This document shows positions 24,373 to 34,845 of a DNA stretch of 64,000 nucleotides, one piece after another. Within the stretch, counting starts at the first letter, position 1. Each line of letters begins with the position of its first letter. Under the pieces are notes generated by a model that searched no databases, was not told the origin of the DNA, and saw only the letters and a program-made list of their open reading frames with translations. The stretch is from Paecilomyces variotii (taxonomy: Eukaryota): NCBI GenBank assembly GCA_004022145.1, contig RCNU01000003.1, one strand, 5' to 3'. A program made the translations under genes and the position numbers.

Positions 24373-25416
24373 ATGATGCCTTCTGCCTATCAAGCACCAT
24401 CAGACCTGGATACGGTCCTAAGAGACTCTTTTCGCTATGGATCCTCCTTGTTGGACCAAAGGCCCAAATTCCAAAAAGGCGACATCTATCTTCTTGGATA
24501 TCCCCTAAGACATTCACTTGCACCGATCCTCCACAATAAACTATTTTATCTGAGAAATGTACCATGGACATATCATGCCCTCGAGTCCAAGGAAAAGCAA
24601 GATCTCCTGAATCTTCTATCTCAGCCGGTATGCGTTGGCGCAGCAGTGACCATGCCACACAAAGTCTCATTTATTCCACTAGTGGATGATATGACCGAGG
24701 AGGCCAAGGGCATCGGGGCAATTAATACCATCTTTATCCGTCTCGATAATTCCGGAAAACGCAAATATATCGGCACAAATACGGACACAATCGGGGTCAG
24801 AGAATCATTCCTGCGCAATTCTACACCAGAAGAACTGAATAGAGGGAAGAGGTCTCCTGGGTTGGTCATTGGGGCCGGTGGTGCTTGTCGAAGTGCCATC
24901 TATGCATTGCACCATTGGTTGCAAGTGGATGAAATCTACATAGCAAACCGACTGCGAAGGGAAGTAGAGGACATCATGTCGTCGTTCGCCAAAGTCGGCT
25001 CCTTTAAGGCGAAGCTTCGGTTTGTCGGTTCTCTCGCTGAAGCCGAAAGCCTCCCAGCGCCGTTCTTTGTTGTCGGCACCGTCCCTGATTTTCCACCGCA
25101 GACTGACGGCGAGAAAGTTGCTCGACAGTGCATGGAGGCTTTAATGACCAGGGCGGATGGGAACCAAGGCGTTGTCTTGGAAATGTGCTATCATCCAAGT
25201 ATCCGAACGTCATTCACTGTCTTTGCGGAAAATGCAGGATGGAAGGTCATTCCGGGTACAGAGCCTATGATATGGCAAGGCATTACGCAACAGGTTTTGT
25301 GGACAGAAAATGGGAAACTACTGAATGAATTCGAGTACCAGAAGATAGAGAAGGTTATCGAGGTTGGACTAGCAGCTCACAATCCTGCGGGACGAGGTAC
25401 AAGGTCATCTTTGTGA
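24373..25416 (+). CDS. qutB: Quinate/shikimate 5-dehydrogenase (QutB/Qa-3)
   Basis: GYPLRHSLAP, GAAVTMPHK, GAINT, GTNTDTIGVRE, GAGGACRSAIYAL, LEMCYHP and GTEPMIWQG. First ATG at 24373. Confidence 0.92.
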   Translation: MMPSAYQAPSDLDTVLRDSFRYGSSLLDQRPKFQKGDIYLLGYPLRHSLAPILHNKLFYLRNVPWTYHALESKEKQDLLNLLSQPVCVGAAVTMPHKVSFIPLVDDMTEEAKGIGAINTIFIRLDNSGKRKYIGTNTDTIGVRESFLRNSTPEELNRGKRSPGLVIGAGGACRSAIYALHHWLQVDEIYIANRLRREVEDIMSSFAKVGSFKAKLRFVGSLAEAESLPAPFFVVGTVPDFPPQTDGEKVARQCMEALMTRADGNQGVVLEMCYHPSIRTSFTVFAENAGWKVIPGTEPMIWQGITQQVLWTENGKLLNEFEYQKIEKVIEVGLAAHNPAGRGTRSSL

Positions 25417-25774
25417 AGAGAGCCTGGGCTGGCGTTACAACCTGTGTTAAGATATGTCACATGTTGATAGATACGTGTCCATTTATGCGAGAAGCACGGT
25501 ATAACCCTATATAGATTCACTGCATAGATCCAAGATAAAACTTACACACTAGTATCTACAAATTCTACGAGTACGTAGGTCCGGTAGACTATTTTCGGTC
25601 ATTCAATCCACGGATACGTAGGCAGTATTTTCCTCTTTCCTATTGCGAGAAATGGTAAGTAGTTACGAGCCCATCTTCCGTGTCAAGCCAACCTTCCGTG
25701 TCTATATCGCTATAGTAGAAACTAAGTAAGAGCACTAACAATCCCATTTGAACGTAACTTTGTCGACTTCGCGA

Positions 25775-27461
25775 TCAGACACAATCCATATGAACGGCTC
25801 CAGGCTTATTGTTCTCTTCTCCCTGGAACGCGGCCCTATATTGCATCTCCGAACCGCGTATTTCATCCATAACAGTTTCATGAGCCTTCCATGGTTTAAG
25901 CTCCTTCGAAAATAGCATATCGATCTGCTCAAGCGGCACACCTTTCGTTTCAGGAAGTAAGAAGTAAACGAAAGGGACAGACAACAGCTGCAGCCCCGCA
26001 AAGAAAAACCAGACTCCATATTTCATACTCGAGAACATTTGAGGTGTAAATCGCGCGACGATGAAGTTCCAGAACCAGTTGTTCGCGGCTGCAAAAGCCT
26101 GAGCGAACGTTCGAATATTCTGGTCGGACATCTCGCTGGTTATGACCCAGGGCGTGCCGCTCCACGATACTCCATAACAGACAGTGTAGATGTAAAAGAA
26201 AGCAATTGCAGCTTTTCCGCCTGCACTGCTTCCGCTGTTCGTAGATGTTGATCCTGTTGGGTTGACAGCAGCGAGATATCCTCCCACCACCCACAGGGAT
26301 ATCGACCCTCCTACCGCGCCACATAGAAGGAGACTGCGTCGGCCCAAGTAGTCAATCAGGAAGAAAATCCAGATGAATGTGACTACTGTCTTTACAACCC
26401 CGAATATACCGGTAGAAAATAAGCTTGCGTTCGTTCCAGAAACACCAATGCTCTTGAACGCAGTCGGGCTGTAATAATTAATAGCGTTGATGCCGGAGCC
26501 ATTCTGCCAGAAGAAGAGGGCTCCGCTTAGGAATAAGCGCCATTGGATATTCTTATTCCTCAAAATACCTCGGAAAGGTGCCATGAAGCCCAGCCCGATT
26601 GAGTTCGCGACGTCATCGACAGCCTGGTCGATCTGAGCAATCTCTTCATGAAGGTAGGCATGATCTAGAGGTAGGTTGCGCAAGCGTGACAGTGTATTCA
26701 CGCCCTTCTCTCTTTGACCGTTGAAGATAAGCCATCTCGGACTTTCATCACAGATTAGCATACCGGCCATCAACAAGCCACCGGGAATCAACTGGACGCC
26801 AAAAGGAATCATCCACTGGCTTTGGGAAGGGGCCATAGTTCTGTTGACAGCGTACTGGCAGCAAGTTAGCAAGATACTCTCGTTTCAAACAGAGATATCG
26901 CTCAATGTAGGGGAAATCACATACGTTGATCCAGAACCCGACAAGACCTCCGATCTGCCAACCGACCTCATAGAAACCGACCAATCGGCCACGAATTGCA
27001 GGGGGTGAAAGCTCTGAAATATAGATAGGTGTCAAGTTCGAAATGCCCCCAATACCGACTCCTGCCAACACACGTCCTCCGTAAAGAATTCCAAGACCAT
27101 GCCTCCCAGCGGCCCCCAGCATGATGGCTGCTCCCACAAGAAAGATGGGCGTAAAGATAAGTAATCCTATTTTTCTGCCCAATAAGTGGCCAGCAGGGTA
27201 TGCGAATAGAGCACCAAAGAATGCTCCAGCCTGATAACATGACACAATGTTTGCTGAAATTAGATCGACCTCGGAGGTAGACAGGCGATCGAATTGAAAT
27301 TCATCTTTAAAGGATGCCAACGCCAAAGTACCCCCAATGAATGCGCTGTCATAGCCTATGAGAGCCGCACCAGAGGATACAATTGCTGCAAACAGATATG
27401 TCCTGAAATTGTAAATTTCTTTCGGCGTTGGCCGATCTTCTGTCTTTGGGAAGAGTCCCAT
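25775..27461 (-). CDS. qutD: Quinate permease (QutD/Qa-Y; MFS sugar porter family)
   Basis: EDRPTPKEIYNFR, IGYDSAFIGGT, PIYISELSPPAIRGRLVG, GFWIN|YAV, WQNGSGINAINYYSP and PETKGVPLE. One intron, ~26854-26924. Confidence 0.93.
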
Positions 27462-28358
27462 CTTCGGACAATTTGAACGTCCTCGCGATGATTGTGAGGG
27501 ATAGGCGCGAGGACAACCGTGAAAGGGGTCTCCGAAGACCTATATGCCTGTAGCCAGGTAGTAGATATTTTCTACCTCGGTTGTCAATATGCATAGAGAC
27601 TTCAGGGCTCGTAGAGAAGAATCCGGGGTAGTTAGCGGAGAGATCCCGCGGGCAAGACTTCAACCGACAAACTACGGAACTTGACCGAGGGCACGATCCA
27701 TTCTCAAGTATACGGTTAATAAGTGAACTAAAATAATAACTTGCAGTAATGTCGTTGGGACTACTGGCGTATAATTTCCGTGATTACAGGCCAAGGTCTT
27801 GTGAAAAGTACGGGGAAATGGTCTCTTGGGAGCGAACTGGGTCCATCTCAAAGAGTAGAATGCAGTTCTTTCTAAATGGTATCTTTTAACGTGTTCTCTA
27901 TCATGCGAAGAGTCTGCTCAATGCTAGTTAAACAGTGGACTGAACTCATGCCAATTTTATACTGAGAGTTCATAGACAACAGGTTTCCTTTCATCCCCAA
28001 AGTCTGTATACTTACCTCTACAAAGTTACTAGATACGTATGTTCCTACAATAGGCACTATGGCACGATCAGTACATGTTGATGAGAAATACCTATTAGAC
28101 AGTCGAATATCACAAGGGGGTCTGCCTGTTCGTAGACCCCGTACTCACGTATCCTCGGCAGAGCCTTATGCCGACTTTCAATCAGCAAACTAGATACAAT
28201 ATGGTAGGCAGGAACGATAACCTAGTGTTTGAGATCTAAGCTGCTACAAGACACTTAAAAAAGTATCTGAGGCCAAGATAGACATAGCACAACCGAAATA
28301 TTGTCTTTCGCACACATACACACACAATCTTCCAAGTCCCAAAAAAGAACCTACCACC

Positions 28359-28814
28359 ATGCCTTCAGTCCTTCTCCTCAATGGACCCAATCTAAACCTC
28401 CTCGGAACCCGAGAGCCAAAAATATATGGTACGACAACTCTGCAAGATGTCGAGAGGTTCGCAAGGGAATTCGGCGAACGCAATAATGTCCAAGTGGAAG
28501 CGTTTCAATCAAACCACGAAGGCCATATAATTGATCGAATTCATGCCGCTCGAAACAACTCTGATGCGATTATTATCAACCCGGGAGCGTTCACCCACAC
28601 GAGCGTAGCGATTCGTGATGCACTGCTGGGCGTGGCTATTCCCTTCATTGAGGTCCATATCTCAAATATCCATGCTCGAGAGCAGTTTCGACACCATAGC
28701 TATTTTTCGGATCAAGCTGTTGCTTGTATAATCGGCCTGGGGGCTTTTGGATACGAGGTGGCGTTGAAATATGCGGTCAGGAATCTTGTTAATCGAAACC
28801 AGAGCGTTTTGTAA
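28359..28814 (+). CDS. qutE: Catabolic type II 3-dehydroquinase (QutE/Qa-2)
   Basis: [40 protein letters not shown] and [17 protein letters not shown]; 151 aa. Confidence 0.96.
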   Translation: MPSVLLLNGPNLNLLGTREPKIYGTTTLQDVERFAREFGERNNVQVEAFQSNHEGHIIDRIHAARNNSDAIIINPGAFTHTSVAIRDALLGVAIPFIEVHISNIHAREQFRHHSYFSDQAVACIIGLGAFGYEVALKYAVRNLVNRNQSVL

Positions 28815-29189
28815 GAGAAGAGATATGAATGCAGCGTTTCTTGGTTGTTTTCTGTGATGTGCACTGTTTGGTGAGAGAGTCTATAGAAAAGCATGCGAAA
28901 TGATTCTGTCGTCGTGCCTAATCGCTGTATCCCAGTCAAACTCCTGTGTGTAAGCTGGAATTTAATTTATATTCCAATTTGTATTCAAGTCCATAAAGGA
29001 AACGATAAATTGGAATGCTGCTATTTTCCGTAACTCATACGATGTACAATAATCACTTGAATAGACCAGATCATGATTTCTCAATCGGCGATATACCCTA
29101 ATAAGCTTGTCAAAGTATCTATATTTACATACGTCTATATCTAATCGGAAACTTTTATATTATTTCGTCCAACACATTTCCTTCATTGT

Positions 29190-30434
29190 TCAACCAAACA
29201 CGAAACGCTTCCAGTTCTCAGCCAGACGCCTCACTCCATCATGCAATTCCCAGCCCCGTAGCTGACAAATTGTCCGCGCGATCTGCTCGAGTAGCTCATC
29301 CATTTGCTGGCCTGCACGATGGAGGTCGCTCTCGATGAGGATTCTGTCATCAGGCAGAGCTTTGATGACTTCAATGACCTTGTCTGCAGATGGATTGGTA
29401 AAGTTTATAACACTAGAGAAAGAGAAATACACATCCGAGGGGACGGAAGGACGCAGGAATTGTCTAATTGGCTCTGTAGGGCCAGAATACGAATGCATAC
29501 ATATCCGTGGTGGGAAAGGCAGCGGGTCAGAAGGAGTCGTGGACGCTAGCGGCTTTTGTGTTGCGGAATGCGAAGATTCAACATCTGTACGATGTGCAGT
29601 TTCCTGTTCGGCATCACTCAGATCATGAGCGCCGACTGCGCTACCACGTCGTCTCCTCTCCCGTCGGGATGGAACCTTTCGCTTATGGCCTTTCCATAGC
29701 TCCTGGAGGACCTCAAAGACGGCACCATGGGCCTGTACACTGTGGACGGAGACGGCCCGTCGTAGTTCCCCAGCCAGACGCAGCTGGGCTTTAAACACCG
29801 CTCGCTGATGAGTTGGTTGTACACGATACGGGGATAGTTTCCTTCCTTCCCTGGACCCAGGCGTCAGTGACGCATCCCGTCCTTCAAGTTCCTCCTGCAC
29901 CCAAGGGCTTGGAAGGCGGAATGCGCGATCGAGCCCAATCTCCCCAACAAGGGCATATTGGTGCGCATTGAGCCGTTCCCTAGTCTCCGAGATCAGAGTA
30001 GATAGAGGCTTAGGGTCTGGGAGAGAAAGGAAAAAGCGTTCGTCGTCTGTAGACGGGATCAAGACCTTTTTGTAATGCGCTATTTTGGCGCTCCTCACCG
30101 CTGTATCATCACTGTCACCATCTTTTCGAGGCTCTGAGACAGAGGATATGTCATCTAGGATCTGGTGCGAGAACCACGGATGCCAGCCAAAGCACGGGAG
30201 CACACGTCCTATTTCTTCTGTCCCCTGCTGCTGGTCTGCCTTTCGTTCTACCCCTAGTTCAGACGCGACCTGCGAGACGAGATCCTGGTCCTCTCCGCGG
30301 GTGGCCATCACAGTCAGTGTCCTGGCTCTCATGTGCGGGATGGACGCGATTGATGTCATCGTATCCGTAGGGTGGCAGTGGGCATCAAAGACCCCCAATT
30401 CCCAGGGAAAGGGAACCTCGTCGTGGTCAGCCAT
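29190..30434 (-). CDS. TatD-family metallohydrolase (Cut9-interacting protein Scn1-like)
   Basis: DAHCHP, FGWHPW, VGEIGLD, SVHSVQAHG, HSYSG and ILIESD TatD motifs. First ATG at 30434. Confidence 0.88.
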   Translation of the reverse strand: MADHDEVPFPWELGVFDAHCHPTDTMTSIASIPHMRARTLTVMATRGEDQDLVSQVASELGVERKADQQQGTEEIGRVLPCFGWHPWFSHQILDDISSVSEPRKDGDSDDTAVRSAKIAHYKKVLIPSTDDERFFLSLPDPKPLSTLISETRERLNAHQYALVGEIGLDRAFRLPSPWVQEELEGRDASLTPGSREGRKLSPYRVQPTHQRAVFKAQLRLAGELRRAVSVHSVQAHGAVFEVLQELWKGHKRKVPSRRERRRRGSAVGAHDLSDAEQETAHRTDVESSHSATQKPLASTTPSDPLPFPPRICMHSYSGPTEPIRQFLRPSVPSDVYFSFSSVINFTNPSADKVIEVIKALPDDRILIESDLHRAGQQMDELLEQIARTICQLRGWELHDGVRRLAENWKRFVFG

Positions 30435-30677
30435 ATCAACCGTCACTGCTTTGCAGTAATAAACGCCTGTCTGTTGCGAAGGTTGAAAAGACGGCCGGGG
30501 ATGAGATCGAAGTAACAAATATATAACTGTCGAAGGGAAAGATCGTCGATGCGCTCGTTGGACGATCGCGGTGGGGCATCACACGTGCCGGCGCTCTCCG
30601 CTTCGCCTTCTCCGCATTCGCATCAGCGGCGTTGAGTCTCAAGATAGAGTCGACTCTTATATATCCCTGGCGAGAGC

Positions 30678-30697
30678 AGAGAGAGAGAGAGAGAGAG
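30678..30697. repeat. (AG)10 microsatellite in a divergent promoter
   Basis: Read directly from the sequence. Confidence 0.9.
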
Positions 30698-30788
30698 GCT
30701 TAAAGTTGCCATGCTCCCATCATTCCGTTCGTTTCTGTGGTTGACGTTCCCACTCAATATCAGTTGAACCGTATACCCCGGGTTCTCT

Positions 30789-31994
30789 ATGGTTTCCATC
30801 AGCCTGTCCAGCATTTTCCTAGGCCCCTTGGTTGTCTTGATTTCCATTCCTCTCTTACTTTCTGCTTGTGTTACCATCTATTTCTCAGTGCTGACGCTTT
30901 ACCTGCGAGCCTTCGTTGTCTATTTAAAATTATTATACGCCATTGTTACGAGTTTCTTTGCGTTCCCAACCTCCAGCTCGTCCTTGCTAAATTTCTCTGC
31001 ATCCGGAGCTACCACTCCCAACGTTTCCCGATCAAAGGGACTCAAGAATAGCTCCGCGTCTCTTGAATCTTTTCTACAGTCGTCAGAATTCGGTCCTCGG
31101 TTACAGTCTCATCAAAGCCTCCGCAGTGGCAACAAACCTCAGCAAGGAAATGCCACACTCCTTTCGGAAGACGGCATTCTCAGAAACTATCATCTTCAGC
31201 TAATCTCCAGTACGAGACGTCAATCGTACTACAGAGGTGACGCCTCATTTCCAGAAGGATTCCTAGGTCTTACCACCGGCGATGCAAATCGCGACTTCGA
31301 GGGACTCGGAGGTTGGCGCTCTCTGCCGTCGACAGAAGGCTCTCAGAGCATCAACGATGATCCAGACGAGAGGGCCTGGCTGTCAATAAATAATCGTCTG
31401 GAGCTGCCTTCGCGCTTGCCGTCCATAGAGAGCTCAGCATCTGATACTAAGGCAAAGCATCACAAGCGCTCCGCAACTACATCCGCACTGACCAACGACG
31501 GCGGGGCCAGCGCAACGGGATCATCACTCAAAGTACGAAATGCCTCAAACAGCACCTCCAGTGTCGATCTTCGTCCGCAGTTCTCGAGTCCAAATCTCGT
31601 CCCAGAAGGACTGGGTGCATCTGCGTCTCGTACATCTCTGACTAGTCAAACATCATTCCCAAAACCAAACATGTCCAAGTCTCGCAGCCGCTTGACAAGC
31701 AGTCCCGAATTTCATAGTGGCGATGGTTACTTCGCTCTGCGCAGACCACGATCCAATAGCAAACCGAGTAGTAATATGGGTGGAAACACGACTCCGCGCA
31801 CTCCAGATGAGCGAGCCAGTATGAACATTGGATTCTCCATCTCTCATTATCCGACCAGTCCTGGACGGAGAAGAAGGACCTCCTTGACCGGCGGCGGTAG
31901 CGGTGGCAGTCCTACTTTCAGGACAGCCGTTTCCCCGACCTCAGCGTTGTTGGGTGTTCGACCAGAAGTTCATGATGATTTCCATGCGTGGTAA
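30789..31994 (+). CDS. Hypothetical protein with an N-terminal hydrophobic membrane segment and a Ser-rich disordered remainder
   Basis: 401-aa ATG ORF; residues ~1-57 are hydrophobic; contains short motif-like islands RDFEGLGGW, ERAWLSINNRLELPS and HHKRSAT. Confidence 0.75.
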   Translation: MVSISLSSIFLGPLVVLISIPLLLSACVTIYFSVLTLYLRAFVVYLKLLYAIVTSFFAFPTSSSSLLNFSASGATTPNVSRSKGLKNSSASLESFLQSSEFGPRLQSHQSLRSGNKPQQGNATLLSEDGILRNYHLQLISSTRRQSYYRGDASFPEGFLGLTTGDANRDFEGLGGWRSLPSTEGSQSINDDPDERAWLSINNRLELPSRLPSIESSASDTKAKHHKRSATTSALTNDGGASATGSSLKVRNASNSTSSVDLRPQFSSPNLVPEGLGASASRTSLTSQTSFPKPNMSKSRSRLTSSPEFHSGDGYFALRRPRSNSKPSSNMGGNTTPRTPDERASMNIGFSISHYPTSPGRRRRTSLTGGGSGGSPTFRTAVSPTSALLGVRPEVHDDFHAW

Positions 31995-32254
31995 TTATAC
32001 CCAGGACGAGAGCTGCTTTTGTATGCAATTATATCCTATTAGTACCTGAGCGGAGCGACTTTGATTCTGCATATTCATATATACGATCAGAAATACACTT
32101 GTCTGAGGACAAATATATAACCACATATTTCTTCATTTCACGTATCAGTTATTATATATAATAATTCCCATAACGGAATTGAAAATTATTCTTAAGTCTA
32201 AATTCGGGGTTGACTCGTCTATGTACAGTGTAAACGTGATAGAGCGTAGTCCCC

Positions 32255-32276
32255 TAGGTAGGTAGGTAGGTAGGTA
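32255..32276. repeat. (TAGG)5 tetranucleotide microsatellite between convergent genes
   Basis: taggtaggtaggtaggtaggta read directly. Confidence 0.9.
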
Positions 32277-32472
32277 TATCATACATCTTGCATAGGCATA
32301 GGCATAAGTGTTGAAGACTGCCAACGGATAACGGGAAAATAAACAATAAACACGAAAGCCCAATACGAATGACCAAAATATTCATATCTCACGAACAGCT
32401 AACACGCCAAGGATGAAAGTTGAGGAATTTATCGAGACTTTGTACGCGAACGAGATGCAGTAATGCGGATTT

Positions 32473-34135
32473 CTATTGGCTCCTCTGTCTTTCCCTTCGA
32501 CTCACATCTTCCATCTCCTCTAACACGACCTGGTTGAATTCATCCGGCCCGTCAAGGTACAGGTGGTGACCGGCATTCTTGATAATGACAACTTTAGCGG
32601 AAACAGTGTCTGCCTGTCTCTCCTCTGGAGTCGCCTTCTGAAGAATACGGCGCTGCTCTTCTTCGATCTTTGCCTTCGCTGCGTGGCCACCCCTGACGTC
32701 CATCCAGTCGTGGTCTCCGTACATGAAAACGACAGGGATTCCATTCTCGCGTCTTTCCAGTTGAGAATTGGCAGTTGACTCCGCGGCAGATAAAGAATTA
32801 GTGGAGGAAGCAGCTTCCTCTGACGATGGCCGGATTATCTGTCTGCCTACGCCGTGTATTCGCCGAATAAGAGGATTGCGTGCGAAAGCTCCTGGTGCGA
32901 GTATATAGGCTAGAGCATATTCACCGCTGCCTCGGAGGCGGAATATAGAGTACGAGTAGTCGTGCAAAGCCTTAGCCTCCTCTGATGGTAAATGAGAGAA
33001 GCGTCGTGAAGTCCACGCCGACACGATACGAGGGCCGAATGGTCCAGTCCATCGCACAATACTGAATGGGGAAACGTTTTGATCCCAGAGATATGCAAAC
33101 CACTTGGGCAGAGGTCTCCGTGGTGCAGACTCTGCTGCCTTCGCGCGAGCATTCATAACATTGTTGCCATCGCCAGCTCTGGCCGCCCGGCCTTCCGTGA
33201 TACTTTCTTGATCCTGTGTGAATTCGTTTGCCAACCCAGATTCAGACGGTTCAGGTATATCTGCGTTCACGGCATATGGATCTTCTGGTATTCCCACAGG
33301 AGAGGCAAGAATAAGTTTGTTGACATGGCCGGGATACTTGAGCGCATATGCGACTGCCATGTACCCGCCGAGACTGTGACCCAACAACGTAAAGCGCTTG
33401 ATGCCTCTCTTGATGCGCCACTCCTCTAGAGCATCAATAAACCAAGCTTCCGCTTCCGCGATGGCCTCCTGGCGGTTCTTAGCCTTAACCTTGAACGGTG
33501 GTCGAGTACTCCGACCCATCCCTAGCATGTCGAGCGCATACAAGTGCCAACCCTTGGGCCGACTCAGAGGCTCAAAGTTCTTATAGAAGAACCCCAGACC
33601 AGCACCGTAGCCGTGCAACATGACTAGGTTCTGGTCAGCTTCCTCCCCAACCCGCTCGACAGAGAACTCGTTCAAAGCGCGATTCTGCCCGCTCAATTCA
33701 ACCATTGTTGATCGCCATCGTCGTGGTCCGTACGGGTCGTTGACTGAATTCGCTGATACATCGCCTTGTTGGCTACGGTCCTGTGTCTCCAGAGTATGCG
33801 TTGCGCCAGTTGGGGCATCTACGGTGTTTCCGGTCTGCCGCTGCGTTGGAGGTTGTTGTAGGAAGGGAACAAAAGATAGGACGCGATGCTCCGCTACTGC
33901 TGCTGGAATACTCGCCCACTGTTGTAGAATTAGCTTCTGGAACATGCACGAAAGATATGCAGAGCAATTGCCATACCCATTGGCTAAATCCCTCCTTGTA
34001 GCCTAGCGGAAACATGCTAGACTTCACGGAGGCTACATTCCCATAGGGCGGGTTAGGAGGCTCGGAAGGCGTTGATCTCTGCTGGTTACGCCCACGGGCG
34101 CCTTCATCCGGAGCATTCAGCGACTCTGACGACAT
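32473..34135 (-). CDS. Alpha/beta hydrolase of the ABHD4/5-Cld1/Ict1 family (cardiolipin deacylase-like)
   Basis: HGYGAGLGFF, DMLGMGRS, nucleophile motif GHSLGG, YGDHDWMD and HX4D motif HHLYLD. One intron after GFSQW. First in-frame ATG at 34135. Confidence 0.88.
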
Positions 34136-34845
34136 GGTAGACTGGTAATGGGAAGTCTGCGCAGTGGCGGACAGCGGGGAGCTGGAGAAGTATGTCTGGG
34201 AGCGGCGGCTGAAGCGGGGAGACGATGGAACAGATAACGTCGCGTCTAAGGCTGACCAGGATCTATGGAACTGTAGCAATGGGAAGGACTGAAGCCGTGG
34301 TGAATACACCTTGCCAAAGAGTGCTGGAGTGACAGAGATGCTCTGCCACTCTCACTGGAATGGCTGCGACAGAAGACCATAGAGCGAAGGGAAGGGCCTT
34401 TTTGTAGAAAAGGCCGTGGCCAACAAGTCAACGTGCTAGCAGGCAGCACGATTAAACGTGATAAGAGAGCGTCACTGGTTCGTCAGCGTGGTGTTAGTCA
34501 GTTAGTCTTAAAATAACTGACTAGTTAGATAAGTCTGCCACAGAAAGAGAGAAGAAAGGAAGAAAGCGAAGTGGCGGAGTTAAAGACGGACGGGATCTCC
34601 ATCTGATTTCGTCCCGTGCAGCTGCTGAGCTCCTGATACTCCCGACTTCAACCTCCAGCCCAGCAAGACCATCTTCGCCAGCGCCTCATGCGATGAGAGT
34701 GCAGTTGGCCGCAAAGGCCTGACTGTTCGAGCTCACCCCAAGTTCAGTTCAGCCCCTACACCGCTAGCCAGCCCCAACCTCTCTCGACTGCAGTGGATGC
34801 GAGCTCCGGATCTGGCAACGATTGCAATATTGCCATCATTCCACA

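Noticed and set aside
25399..25416. QutB C-terminus ...TRSSL as a peroxisomal PTS1
   Set aside because: Non-canonical tripeptide, and the partner enzymes end in GML and SVL, so there is no consistent targeting signal.
28117..28140. Hairpin GGGGTCT...AGACCCC in the qutD-qutE spacer as a terminator or MITE
   Set aside because: Only a 7-8-bp stem, single copy, and intrinsic terminators do not apply to a fungal Pol II locus.
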